From: Octopus sinensis
Taxonomy: Eukaryota
Length of the DNA stretch: 64,000 nt
Assembly: GCF_006345805.1 (NCBI RefSeq)
Contig: NC_043000.1
Span: 139,748,001 to 139,812,000 of the forward strand
Reading direction: 5' to 3'
The first letter of the stretch is position 1; the number at the start of each line of letters is the position of its first letter. Below the pieces are notes generated by a model, which worked only from the letters and a program-made list of their open reading frames with translations, made no database searches and was not told the DNA's origin. Both the position numbers and the translations under genes were made by a program. This document shows positions 38,400 through 50,616 of the stretch, in pieces.

Positions 38400-41300
38400 A
38401 CCTTCTGGCATTAAACAAATATATACCCCCCGCAGAAAAAATAGGAGTGGATATTAGTTTTTTGTTTGTTTCTTTGTCTCATTTGATTACGTTTATTGGT
38501 TTATAGTGATAGAAGCGGTGCTCTGTCAAATTGTTTATGCTAATAGATAAGACTTGGAACCTAGGACTAACACGAAATTTGCCAAACTCAATTAGCCAAA
38601 TAGTCAACAATGAAAGAAATAATATCAGTGATGATAATGATACTAATGAAAAGAAGCGGTTGGAACATTCCCATGTCCTGATCGATGAAACATCTAGTGA
38701 TAGTGTCACAATAAAAACACTGGTATTTGCACCCCCTGATAACTGCTACCTCATATGAGTGACAATGAAAAGACAAAATATTGTGAATAATGGTGGTAAT
38801 GAAACTGAAGCCCTTGATGGTGACAGTGTTGCACCAGGCAGGCTTAGAGATACTGATCCTGCTCCAGTCTGTCATTATCCAGCAATGGACCACCGCACAT
38901 GGCGTAGATGGAGCACACAGATCAATGCTGTGGTCATGGGGTATTATTACCTGAGCAACCCTGTAGACGAAAATGGTCCACATATTAGGGGATGATGACA
39001 ACGTTTGTATGATCAATTGAGAGAAAGAGGGTTGTTTCAACTCATGGAACCGAGGTTATGGGATCAAGCTAGAGTACTAAAATAACCTCGTTGGTTCACA
39101 GATGTAGAGCTCGAATCTGTTATCAAAAGACGGTATTGAAAAACAGCAACAGAGGGAACGATGAAGATACAGTTCTTACTGATAAAAGTAATCTCATTGC
39201 AGAAAGCAGAGGTGAGATCTCTAATAAACCACAGGAAAGGAACAGTGATAGTTTGCTCAATGAGAGATATAGATGGTTTGGATGAAGACAATAAAACTAA
39301 TGGTGACATGACAGATGGGCAAAAGGCAATCTACAACAGAATAAAGGCAAGGCTAAAGGAGAATGATAGCGACATTATTTGCAACCGTAAAAAGGTTGAT
39401 CGGTGGAAATTGAAATAAGAAACGAAAATTATGAACGAAATTCTGAAATACATCAGAACAAAGAACATCACAGAAACAAATAATTTGATCAAGGCAGCAA
39501 GTATTGTAGTAGAAAAAGTGGGTGTTGGTGTCAAGAAAAAGTAATATAATTGGAATGACAAAAGAAAAGATTCATGGTGGAAAAGAAGAATACAGGCGGG
39601 GTTAGATATGCTCTCGAAGAACATTTGTATTAGACTGAAATGAAAAAGGGAAGCTTAAAAGTAAACAAAAATACAGGGCGCTGAACAAGGAATATGATAT
39701 CAAAAGAAAGGGCCTGAAAGTGGTAATGGAGGAACTGAAACAGCGCCTCGATGAAAAGAAAGTAAAGATGGTAAGATACGACCAAAGAATGAAGGGATAC
39801 CAGCAGAATAGGTTATTTAGAATAGATCAGTAGAGATTCTCAAAAGAAATAAATGGAGAGTGTACAGATGAAAAGTTGATGCCAGATAACACTGAAAGTC
39901 AAAAGATTTGGAGTGACACCTGGAGCAAAAACAAGGAGCACAAGAAGGATGCTGAATGGTTGCAAGAACTGAAACCAACAGTAGTGTGTCCACAACAAGC
40001 AGCACTAGCCATTTCAGCTATGGAAGTGAAGGAAATCAGCAAAAATTGGGCGACTGGAAAGCCTCGAGACCAGACGGAGTTCAAGGCTTATGGATCAAAA
40101 GATTTATTGAATGTCATTTACGAATAGCTGCCCAACTCAATACCTTGTTAAATGCCAACCAATTAGCACTAGAGTGGTTGAAAATAGGTAGGACAGTACT
40201 GTGCTTGAAAAATATTGGAAAAAAGCACTACGGTAGGCAACTACAGGCCGATATCCTGCTTGCTGTTTATGTGGAAATTACTGACTGGAATAATCGCAGA
40301 GTCAATGTACGGACATCTTGAGAAAAACAGAGTCCCGCCACATGAGCAGAAGAGTTGCAAACGTAAGTACAGACGTACCAAGGATCAACTCCTGGTAGAC
40401 AAAACTGTACTTAGAGACTGCAAGAGGAGAAAAAGTAACTTAGCCATGTCATGGATCGATTATCGTAAGACATACGATATGATCCCGCATTCTTACATTA
40501 TGGAATGCATGAACATATTTGGTATTGCATCGAATGTTGAGCGATTGCTTGGAAAACGTATGGCGAGTGGAGAGCGGAACTGGCAGCATATGGAAGAAGT
40601 TTAGCGACAACAGAAATCAGGAAAGGCATCTTCCAAAGAGACTGTCTGTCCCTACTGATCTTTGTACTGTGCATGATGCCGCTAACACTGATTCTGAGAA
40701 AGCAAAGCCTGGGTATGTATTCAAGAGCTGTCAACAAAAAGCCAACCACTTGTTATTCATGGATGACCTCAAACTCTATGGTAAAGATAAATCCCAAGTC
40801 AGTTCCCTCGTTGATACGATATATAGTTTCAATGCTGATATCAGGAGTTCAGATTGAAAAAGTGTAGTGTGTTAGTCTTGAAGAGAGGAAAAATTAAATG
40901 TATGGAAAAGCTAGAGATACCGTCGGGGGAGGTTATGAAGCAAATAGAAGAGACGGGATATAAGTACTTGGGGATATTGGAAATGGATAAATTGATGGAG
41001 AAAGAAATGACAGAAAAAATTAAAGTGGAGTACTTGTGTAGACTGAGACTGATCCTTAAAATCGAAATTAAACGGGTGGAATAAGATTGAATCTATCAAC
41101 ACCAGGACAGTTTCACTCCTTAGATATGGAGCAGGGATAATCGCATGGTTAGTAGACGAACTAAATAGCTTAGACAGAAAGACAAGGAAGTTGCTGGAGT
41201 TGCATATTACTAGTCAATGTACGCCACTAGCCCAGAAAGAATATAAGAGACGTCATGACGACATAGCAAGGATTGTCCATTGGACATTTTGCAACAAAAA

Positions 41301-41800
41301 AAAGTGGTACAAACATAAACCCGAAGGCATCATCGAAAATGATAATACAAAGATTCTATGGCATTATATGATTCAGTGCGACCTTAAGATAGAGAATAGG
41401 AAACCTGGCAGAGTGTTAATTGAGAAAGAAACCAAACGATGCTGGATCACAGATATAGCATGCCTAGCTGAAAACAAGGAATGCGATAAAGAAGAAAGGA
41501 AAGGTTTCTGATATGGAAAGTGCAGCAATGCCCAGTAGAGTGGACCTGGTTGTTATCAAAACGCTTCTACTCAATATAATAATAGAATCGTAATGGAATA
41601 CCATTACAGAAGTAAGGTTATCAAAATGAGAATAGGCTTACTTGGCACAACTCACAAACTGCTACTTAAAAGACTGAAAGAAATTGAAACTGAAAGTCAG
41701 ATTGTCGATCTGCAGAAAAGTACCATCCTTTATTCTGCAAATTCTTGAAATTTGAGGAGTACCTGTTGTCACTAAACCTCAAAATAAAATACCTACTAAC
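38400..41800 (+). mobile_element. R4/Dong-clade non-LTR retrotransposon (RT plus restriction-like endonuclease), near full length, pseudogenised
   Basis: Motifs in order: WRRWSTQINAVVMGYYYLSNP; MEELKQRL..YDQR..YQQNRLF; [19 protein letters not shown]; [26 protein letters not shown]; GIFQRD.LS; NHLLFMDDLKLYGK (FMDD at 40756-67); C..LAQKEYKRRHD; KILW..IQCD..IENRKPG. Many stops and frameshifts. Element ends are approximate. Confidence 0.9.
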
Positions 41801-42559
41801 TAATAACAACGTAGTAATATATAAATAAATAGATAAATAAAATTTCAACTATATTAATTTCAGAGATTTCGACCATAATTCAGAGTTAATGTAAGGAAAT
41901 ATATCTCATGTTTATTAATAAAAAAAAATCAAAGCATGTATTTTGTTCAGCCACAGATCACAGGTCAACAAAAATAAATTGAGTTTAGTGTAATTATTTC
42001 CTGTGTGTGCGTGCATGTGTGTGTGTGTGTTTGTGTATGTGTGTGTGATATAAACAAAAAGCATTAGCAGGCCAAACCCAACTGACAATCTTCGTGTATA
42101 TAAAAAATAAAAAAAGCGAAATGTAGATATCAAAATATTTGGCACTAATTAATCATCAAAAGACATGTAAGCAATTAAGGACTTTGAAATGCGTTTCATG
42201 AACACAACAAAATGTGTGTGTGTATGTATGTATGTATGTATGTATGTATGTATGTATGTATGTATGTATGTATGTATGTATGTATGTATGTATGTATGTA
42301 TGTACGTGAGTGTGTGTGTATTTCTGTCTGTGTGCATGTGTACATATAATATATGTATGTGTGTATCTATATATGTTGTTCCTGTTCTGTGCATTATCTC
42401 CTTTTACCTTGCTTTTTTTTTAATAATTATATTAATTTCTGCTTTACCCTTTTAATTTTTATTTTTTTATCTGTTATTTTTTATCTATTTTATTTTTATT
42501 TTTTATCTTGTATGTTTTTTTCCTTTTTCTCTATCTTATTTTATTTTATCTTATTTTAT

Positions 42560-42965
42560 GTCTATATACACACTTACATACATACACACATGCACGCGCA
42601 CACAAATGAATGTGCATATGCTTCCTATACATACCACACACACACATACATGCACACACATATATACACGCCCGCACATATACACACACGCACATACATG
42701 CGCATACATGCACACACAAACCTTCACATACACTCACATACTCACACACGCATACATACGCCCGTACACACGCGCACAGGAACGCAAATTTACCTCCGCA
42801 CGCACAACCCCATCACACACACACATACACACACGTACATACACACGCATGCAAGACACACACACAGTTACCACATCTGCATACACACACATGCACTCAG
42901 TTACTGTCACACACGCACACGTTATTAGACACACACACTCGCGCACGCGTACATACCCACACATA
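42560..42965. repeat. Degenerate (CA)n-rich tract
   Basis: Direct reading. It explains the H/T-rich ORFs here. Confidence 0.9.
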
Positions 42966-43264
42966 TACCTCCTTCTCTTACAATATCGTGTCTTAGAAAG
43001 AACTTTTTCTTCATCCTTTCGCTTCTGGTGATTTCAAAATATAACTACATGTGGATTGTTGGCGATTGTTTTCCTCTGACTTCCTTTTCTCTTGGACTTG
43101 TTTCTGTCTCCTGCTTCTGAAGGAGAGATTTGCTCAAAATGTATAACAACTTTTTTTCCTTCCCTGCACGTCTGTTAATAGTTGGCATGTGCCACGTACT
43201 CATGTTGTTGCTTTCTTGTTTTTCATTCGTTTCTTGGGGATACATATATATATATATATATATA

Positions 43265-44240
43265 AGCTAAGGATTAAGGTTGTTGAAAAGCCAGGCAACC
43301 CTATCAAATCTATAATTGGTAGAACCTATCCTTTTAGTAGAACCCCCTGTACGGATAAGTACTGTACTGTATGTAGATTTAGCCCACAAACAAACTGTAA
43401 AGCCAGAAATGTAGTCTATAGTATAAGATGTATAGAGGGATGATGTAGTAACAAGACAATGACATATGTAGGGGAAACAGCAAGAAGCATATGTGAGCGG
43501 GTAAATGAGCATTGGAGAGAACTCAAGGAAGGTAAAAGCTCATCAATACTGTACCAGCACGCCGAACAGGAACACGGGGGATCAATCAACAACATAGAAA
43601 TTAAAATATTGTCCACACATAGAACAGATGCAACAATCAGACAAATTACAGAAGCTACACACATAATAGAAAATAAACCTAGCCTGAATAGGAAACTAGA
43701 ATGGAACACTAGCACACACCACAACATATGACGGTAGAGGATCCCGAAAACAATAAATACATAGATAAATAAACAAATAGAAATAAATAACTATATAAGT
43801 TTTTAAAATTTATTATTATTATTACTAGTATTGTTGTTATACATACATACATACATACATACATACATACATACATACATACATACATACATACAAGCAT
43901 ATGTAATGATAATAATAAGTGGATGTAAACACATGAACAAAATAAGAATAAACAAAAACAACAACAAAAACAAATTACATGAACGTATATAAACAGAAGA
44001 TACAAATATTACAGGCATCCCCCCATACACTAAATATACATAGACGCACATAGAGATATAAGCATGCGCAAATGAAGACATACAATAGAAATACAAAATG
44101 GCTGACGGTTAGTAAGGAGAGACACAAATAAGAAAGAAGAAAACAAAGGACCACTGATGCGATCACAGGAGTGTGACGAAAGAACTCTGGTCGAAATAAG
44201 ATTAAGATTAGTGTAAAAAATAAATAATACTGAAGCAAAA
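43265..44240 (+). mobile_element. 5'-truncated Penelope-like element: GIY-YIG endonuclease plus 3' region with hammerhead
   Basis: CTVC..TNCKARNVVYSIRCIEG*CSNKTMTYVGETARSICERVNEH...RQITEATHI..KPSLNRKLEW (43265-43731, one in-frame stop). Confidence 0.9.
44149..44192 (+). ncRNA. Type I hammerhead motif (CUC site; core A9 position altered)
   Basis: GACCA CTGATGC G(A)TCACA-GGAG-TGTGAC GAAA GAAC TC TGGTC. Confidence 0.6.
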
Positions 44241-44367
44241 TAACACCAAATATATAGTGCCTGTGTTTTTATTGGCTAAACTGGCAAAATGACCATTCCG
44301 AAATATAACAATATCTGTTTCAATACACGACTTCACATAAAAAATCTTGCACAACAAATATATAAAC

Positions 44368-44427
<60 letters not shown>

Positions 44428-44449
44428 GAGAAGAAAATGGATGTAAATA

Positions 44450-45600
44450 ACAAAGAGAAACTCGTTGTTTTCACTGGTATGCCTTTAATTAAATTAATTA
44501 ACAAGAAGAAAGTAGCATTTACGATCGTTTCAATTTACTAGTTTTAGTAAATATCTTCAGAATGCGAAAATTAATTGATACATCGGTAAAGGTAATAAAC
44601 TCAAAATTTGTTAGTCTTACATTATATTATGTTCATAAATTGATTATTCCGCTAGGGAGTGGATTTAATTGTAATAAATTGGTTAGTTTTTGGTTCCGTT
44701 GGGTAATTAAAGCGGGGTGCATATCATTTTGGTGTGGAATCCTGAGTTTGACTAAGTAATTTTTTGCGCACATGTGTATTGTATTAAATTGGTTTTAATC
44801 AGCGGTGAGCTTTAGTCACCAGTGGTGTAAGTAAAGTGGGATAACTCTAACGTAAGATTAAAATGGATTAAAGATTAAAACTGAAAGCGGATTATTTACA
44901 CTAGGGAGGGTGGTCTAAAATTATATTATGGCTAAAGTTTAGGGAGTTCATATTGATAAAAGGGGCCCTATGTAGGTTTAAAGTAAATTATTATGGAATG
45001 TGGAGGGTGAGTGGGGTTGGAGGTGACTGTGTGTAAGTGTTTAAGGTGGCTCTCAGTTAATTAGACTTATATAGATGAATATGGTAGTGTGGAATTTGTA
45101 GAGGGTCCTACTATTTAACCCATACTTTGAAAAGATACAGAGGACTACATGAAGACAAAAAAGTGGTTCTCAAATTTCCTATTAAGGAGGGGTTATTTAG
45201 CCGTTAGGATAGCAAGGCATTCTGATAAACAGAGATCACAGCGTCTCTTGGCGGTGTTGTACGAGGTTGTTTTTGTGAGTATACGCCAGTTTAATCTATA
45301 ATCTATTTTTTTATCTTTAAGTTCCCAAATATATCTACTGCGACCAGTTGAATTAGCTTTACTCCTATTTCTGAAGCTAGATTGGTGTGCGTTATATCTA
45401 AGAATCATTTAGTTTTTCGTGGCGCCTATATATGATTTTATCTGGCTATTTGTGTGCACGTTAAATTGGTAAACTACGTTATTTGTCTTACATCTATTTG
45501 AGAACTGGCACTTTGTTCTGTCCCTGCAGCTACGTAAATTATTAGGTATATCTGTGTTCGTGCTATGTTGTGGGTGGACTATTACTCCACCTATACCTTT
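44450..45600 (-). mobile_element. Second 5'-truncated Penelope-like element (GIY-YIG plus 3' region), convergent with the first
   Basis: Minus strand ~45545-45193 reads SCRDRTKCQFSNRCKTNNVVYQ...SYIGATKN*MILRYNAHQSSFRN...YIWELKDKKIDY...RCDLCLSE. Confidence 0.9.
44515..44565 (-). ncRNA. Type I hammerhead ribozyme, intact (GUA site)
   Basis: Minus strand: GCATT CTGAAGA T-ATTTACTA-AAAC-TAGTAAAT-T GAAA CGATCG TA AATGC. Perfect stems I and II and a palindromic stem III (ACGATCGT). Confidence 0.85.
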
Positions 45601-48174
45601 TTTTGTACTGACACTTATCGTAATAAAATGATAGAGGAGAAACAGAGAAGATCCTGGACCAGGAGTTGCACTGTCCTTGAGAAATGTAGACCATTTGGAG
45701 ATGCTTCAGTCTTTTCAGGTGAAAATGTGTACTAGTCTTGTGCTAGTGCATCTGCCCCAGTCTCCAGTGGTCTCAGCTTCAATGTCCAACTGCGTTATAA
45801 TAAGGAGAACTGAGTGAGGTTCTATATATTCATGTACTTATATAGAAACTTAACACAATTAGCGAAAATTTACTACCAGCTACTAAATCATAACTTCTTC
45901 TGAATGAGGGTACGGCATGCTTATGATTTTTGTCAAGAAAATCATAACAGAAAATTTTGGAATTTACGTTAATGATTAATTGAATATAGAATTCATTTTG
46001 AAATAGTCAGTAAGTTTGGTAACAATTTCAGATATGTTAGCGTTATAACATCTCATTAGCAAAGCAGTGTCTTACCAATATTGCCAAAGCTTCAAATAAT
46101 AAGAGTCAAAATAATTGAGAAATTTTACTTGACTTACCTAGTAAATCTGCTTTGCCTATGCACATTTAAATGATATATTTATTAACATGAGGAACTAGTT
46201 TCTAATCCTATGTTTATTTACCCATTTATTCATTGATATCAAATAATATTGAATACAAAAGCAACAAAATAATTCAGGCCTCATACATTACACATAAAAT
46301 ACAGAAAAAACAAAAGATATGAAAAATATTTTGTATCAACTATTAGAGATGAAATAGATCTTAGTGTAATAATAGCATAGAGATAATACATTTAAGAGGA
46401 TATGATATAGTAATCCTATATATTAATTTTTCATAGCTTACTAAAATACATAAAATAATGAAATTTATTTAAATTAAATAAAATAATATTCGATTATGAT
46501 GAACATCAAAAGGACTTTAATGTTACAAACACACACACACACACACACACACCACACACACACACACGTACACATATATTGAAAAAGGAAGAGAGAGAGA
46601 GAGATGTCCATATATATGTGCCTATGTGTGTATCTATAACATCGTTAAATAGCATTTTGATATATATTTTCCATTCTCACTCCCTCTAACATTGCCAGTC
46701 ATCTATTCGTTTGCTTTTTTGTCATAAACTGCCTGTCTACAGTATATTAATACACATATGTCAGGTTGAGAGTTGTCCTCCTCGCCACCCATGCTGCTAG
46801 TGGCCTCCACCTCTTCTGGTCATTTCAGCTTGCAGTGACCATATTATTGCGACACATTTGTTCTTTCTTTTTTTTTGTTTTCTTTTCTCCTCATCTATTC
46901 TTTCTCTAAAAGTGTGTATGCTTGAAATATAAAAGACTTTTCTTTCCATTTTACCTGGGCATAAACGTATTACAATCTGTTTGATTTTACTCCATCTTCA
47001 TGATATTTATATTTGCTATATACATTAGTGTGTGTATGTGTATATATATGTGTGTGTGTGTTCTCTGTCATCGTATTTGCTTTCCATGATAGCATGAATT
47101 AGGCAAACATATTTTTAAGGCATTGTTTTGCAGCAAGATGCACATGTGGACAACTTTCATCTTTACAAGCAAAGAAGCTCTGATTTCACATGATTTCTAA
47201 GATACAATATAAAATTAGTTACTGTTAGGAAGTGCATCCATCTGAAGAAACATTGTCAAAGCAGACATAAGAGATTAACATAGTCCTGAGGCTACTTGAA
47301 CCTTAGCGAACTGTCCAAACCATGCCATCATGGAATATAAACTTTAAAGGAGGACACTATATTATCATCATCAACATTCAACATGTTTCCCATGATAAAT
47401 GCATTGCACACTTTGATAGGAACTAGCACGGCTCGGGGCTCAACCAGATTTATAGTCTGATTTGGCTTGGTTTCTATGGCTGTATGTCCTTCTTAACACC
47501 AACCACTCCCCAGAGTGTACAGTGTGCTTTCTATATACATATTTACATACATACATTCATACACACATGGTCTCTTCTCTGTCCTTAATCATAAGTGTAT
47601 TCTATACTATTATAAATTTCTATACATGAATTCACCTGAATAGGTCTATATCATATGCTGACCCCTGATAAAATCTTTAACAATTTTATCCTTTATTATT
47701 ATAATTTCCATTCACTTTGAGACAGTCTAGTCACATCTGTACTATTCTGACCAAATGCACATGTGCTGAGCTAGACTACGAAATTCGATGCAGATATACT
47801 TGTGGTGTTTGTATGTAAACGTAGCCTTGCATTTGCTTTCCTGTGGGTATGTATAAATATCTCATTTATTTCCCTAAATATGCTTTGTGGATGAGGAAAA
47901 GTTATTAGACAAATTCAGAAATTCATCAATCCAAGGCTAGCTATTTTATGAATTTCTGTGAGCCTTCTCCCTCAATTTCAACACGTGTGTATTATAAAAG
48001 TGATAATTTCAAGTGATTTGATGATTCAGCATCTATTTTCAGCATAGGTATGGTCTCATCTATGTCCTTAATTATAATTGTATTTTATACTATTATAAAT
48101 CTCTAATTATGGATACACAGACAGACAGACACACACACACACAAACAAACAAACATACACACACACATATGTAT

Positions 48175-48305
48175 ATATACTTTATTTAAAAGCAGCAGAA
48201 ATTCAACAAAACCTGTTACTCTGAGTAATAAAGCATATTACTCTACCCCTGGTATTTGAGTACTCTTTTTTCCACCTTGTTTCACATTTATGTGTTTATT
48301 CCGGT
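48175..48305. mobile_element. PLE pLTR family P1 copy, folded back or deleted at the ribozyme stem III
   Basis: The reverse arm runs to TTACTCTGAGTAA and then joins the forward AATAAAGCATATTACTCTACC tail. The catalytic core is absent. Confidence 0.75.
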
Positions 48306-48439
48306 ATATATATATATATATATACATGCAGACTTATGTGTGTATGTGGTGTAGCAGAATCTATTATCGACCAATCTAATCTATAGTTAACTTTATTTTG
48401 TTTCAATTTATATGTATAGGTAGCTAATGAAGTATTATT

Positions 48440-48985
48440 ACTAGTTATATAAGGCTTAAAGGAATGTGTGTTAAAAATCTTTGCTTAAAATTAACAGAAC
48501 TCCATATGTATACCATATTACTTAAACTATCCATTAATGTAACTGTGCACTTGTATATTATGTTAAATCTTCCACATTTACCTTCTAAAGGGCATGATTC
48601 ATTATTTGTACATGAGCAATGTTTATTTTTGTATTTCTGTTTGAGGTAAAATATTTAATATTATTATGATTATTTGTTATGGTGCTTAATGTTATCATTG
48701 AATTTGCTGTAGTCTTATTTATCTTGGTGTTAGATATAGTTACTATTTGTGAATTATTACTATTATTAGTTTGTGGCATTGTATTACCTAAGGCATATTC
48801 TATATTTTCAAATCTATGGTTGTTAGAATTTTGTTGTAATTTTGTTCTATTGATATCATTGCTATGTGTTCTAGTATTTTGAGCATTATCTGGAGTCTTA
48901 GTGCAACTGTTTATTTTATTATTAGAATTGTTATTGCTATTATTACTAAAGCTATTTTTGTATTTATTAATTTTTCTTCTATTAA
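48440..48985 (-). mobile_element. Penelope-like GIY-YIG relic with an Asn/Thr-rich upstream linker
   Basis: Minus strand reads KHCSCTNNESCPLEGKCGRFNIIYKCTVT...VYIWSS..FKQRFLTH (~48625-48450). It is preceded, in another frame, by the N-rich ORF of the track. Confidence 0.75.
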
Positions 48986-48989
48986 AGAT

Positions 48990-49390
48990 TCTATGTTTGG
49001 TCGATCTTTTTGTGGGTGTCTGCCAGCGCGCTGTGGACCAGTTTGACTTTTCCAGATATCCCCGACATCTGAACATCTCCCCAGCCGAATTCTCGGCCCT
49101 TTGATGTCTGTGGTGCCGCAAAGACATCATCATAAAACCGGCTGACAAGAGTGGAGCTGTGGTGGTGTGATGCACGGACTTCTACAAGGCCGAAGCTCTC
49201 TGCCAACTTCAAGACACCTCCTTCTACTGACCTCTGCCCTCCAACCCCACGCCCAGCTACAAACAGACAGTGTTCTGCACAATCCATGACCTCATTTCCT
49301 CCTCCCGTCTCCCCCACCGCCTCCAACTTCATTGTCCACACCCTCCCACCTCCACAATTTACTGCCTATTTAGCTATTCAGATCACTAGC
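48990..49390 (+). mobile_element. Penelope-like RT N-terminal relic
   Basis: DIIIKPADKSGAVVV*CTDFYKAEALCQLQDTSFY*PLPSNPT matches the PLE IIKPADKG..VV..Y..EA..QL.D..FY motif. Confidence 0.85.
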
Positions 49391-49639
49391 TTACATCCCT
49401 ACCTTCATATCCATCAATTGTTATGTGGACCATACTGCTGTCAACTTGAACTGCTAATCCCTCAGTTGGGTCAACATGACCTTGACCCACTTTTTCCATA
49501 CATTCTCTTCACTCAACTGTCTCTCAAAATAGCACATTCACACTTCTGGATTACAGTTCACTCCAGTGAAATCTCATTCTTTGTCTGACAGATTATCTTG
49601 CAATCCAGAACACATACACAAACATGCACACCTACCCCT

Positions 49640-49935
49640 ACTCCTCTTCCCTTCTTCCCTCTTTCTCCCTCCCTCCTTCTTCCCTCTTCCCCTTCCCTCT
49701 TTCTCTCTGCTCCCTCACTCCCCTTCTCTCCCCCTCTCCCTCTATCCTCTCCCCTCCTCTTCTCCTCTCTCCCCCTCTCCCTCCTCCTCTTCTCTTCTCC
49801 TTCCTTCTCCCACTTCTCTCCCCTCCTCTTCTCCCCCTTCCTTCTCCCCTTTCTTTCTCCCTCCTCACCCCTCTCCCCTCGCCCCCTCTCTCTCTCCCTT
49901 ACCTCCCCCTCTTCCCTCATCTCCTCTCTCTACAC
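49640..49935. repeat. Polypyrimidine (C/T) low-complexity tract
   Basis: About 295 nt almost exclusively C/T on the plus strand. Confidence 0.95.
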
Positions 49936-50114
49936 TACACCATACGACTTTACACATCACATCATATATACATACACACGTCCAGACCTCTCATACGCAC
50001 TAATACTCTCTCATACACACACACACACTCTTATGTTGGAGCGAGGTCATATAACCCTATTATCTCCCCTAATTTCGCTCTTGCATCTCACGTTTGATCT
50101 TTGACTTCTGGCCG

Positions 50115-50365
50115 AAATCAGATCGCCATGTTGATTCGCTAGCCTCTGCGCACATTTTTTTCTCTCCTTCTTTCTGTGTTTCTTCTCTGTGTATCTTTCT
50201 GTTGAAGAGCGTAGGCTCAAAACGTTAAAGACTTGTTTTATTTATATTTCCTGAGCGCCATACTAATACAATTGTTTGTTTGTATTCCACCTGCCTTCAT
50301 CTTTTGTTTATTTCCGTAAACCTGCCTTCGTCTTTTGTCTATTTTCATAAAGCTTCCCGTTATAT
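50115..50365 (+). mobile_element. PLE pLTR-like family P3 copy with a core-variant hammerhead (50194-50231)
   Basis: TCTTT CTGTTGA A GAGC-GTAG-GCTC AAAA C GTT AAAGA (a G12A lesion in this copy). Confidence 0.6.
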
Positions 50366-50386
50366 ATATATATATATATATATATA

Positions 50387-50562
50387 GGTGCAGGAATGGC
50401 TGTGTGGTAAGTAGCTTGCTAACCAAACGCATGGTTCCGGGTTCAGTCCCACTGCGTGGCATCTTGGGCAAGTGTCTTCTGCTAGAGCCCCGGGCCGACC
50501 AATGCCTTGTGAGTGGATTTAGTAGACGGAAACTGAAAGAAGCTTGTCGTATATATGTATAT

Positions 50563-50616
<54 letters not shown>

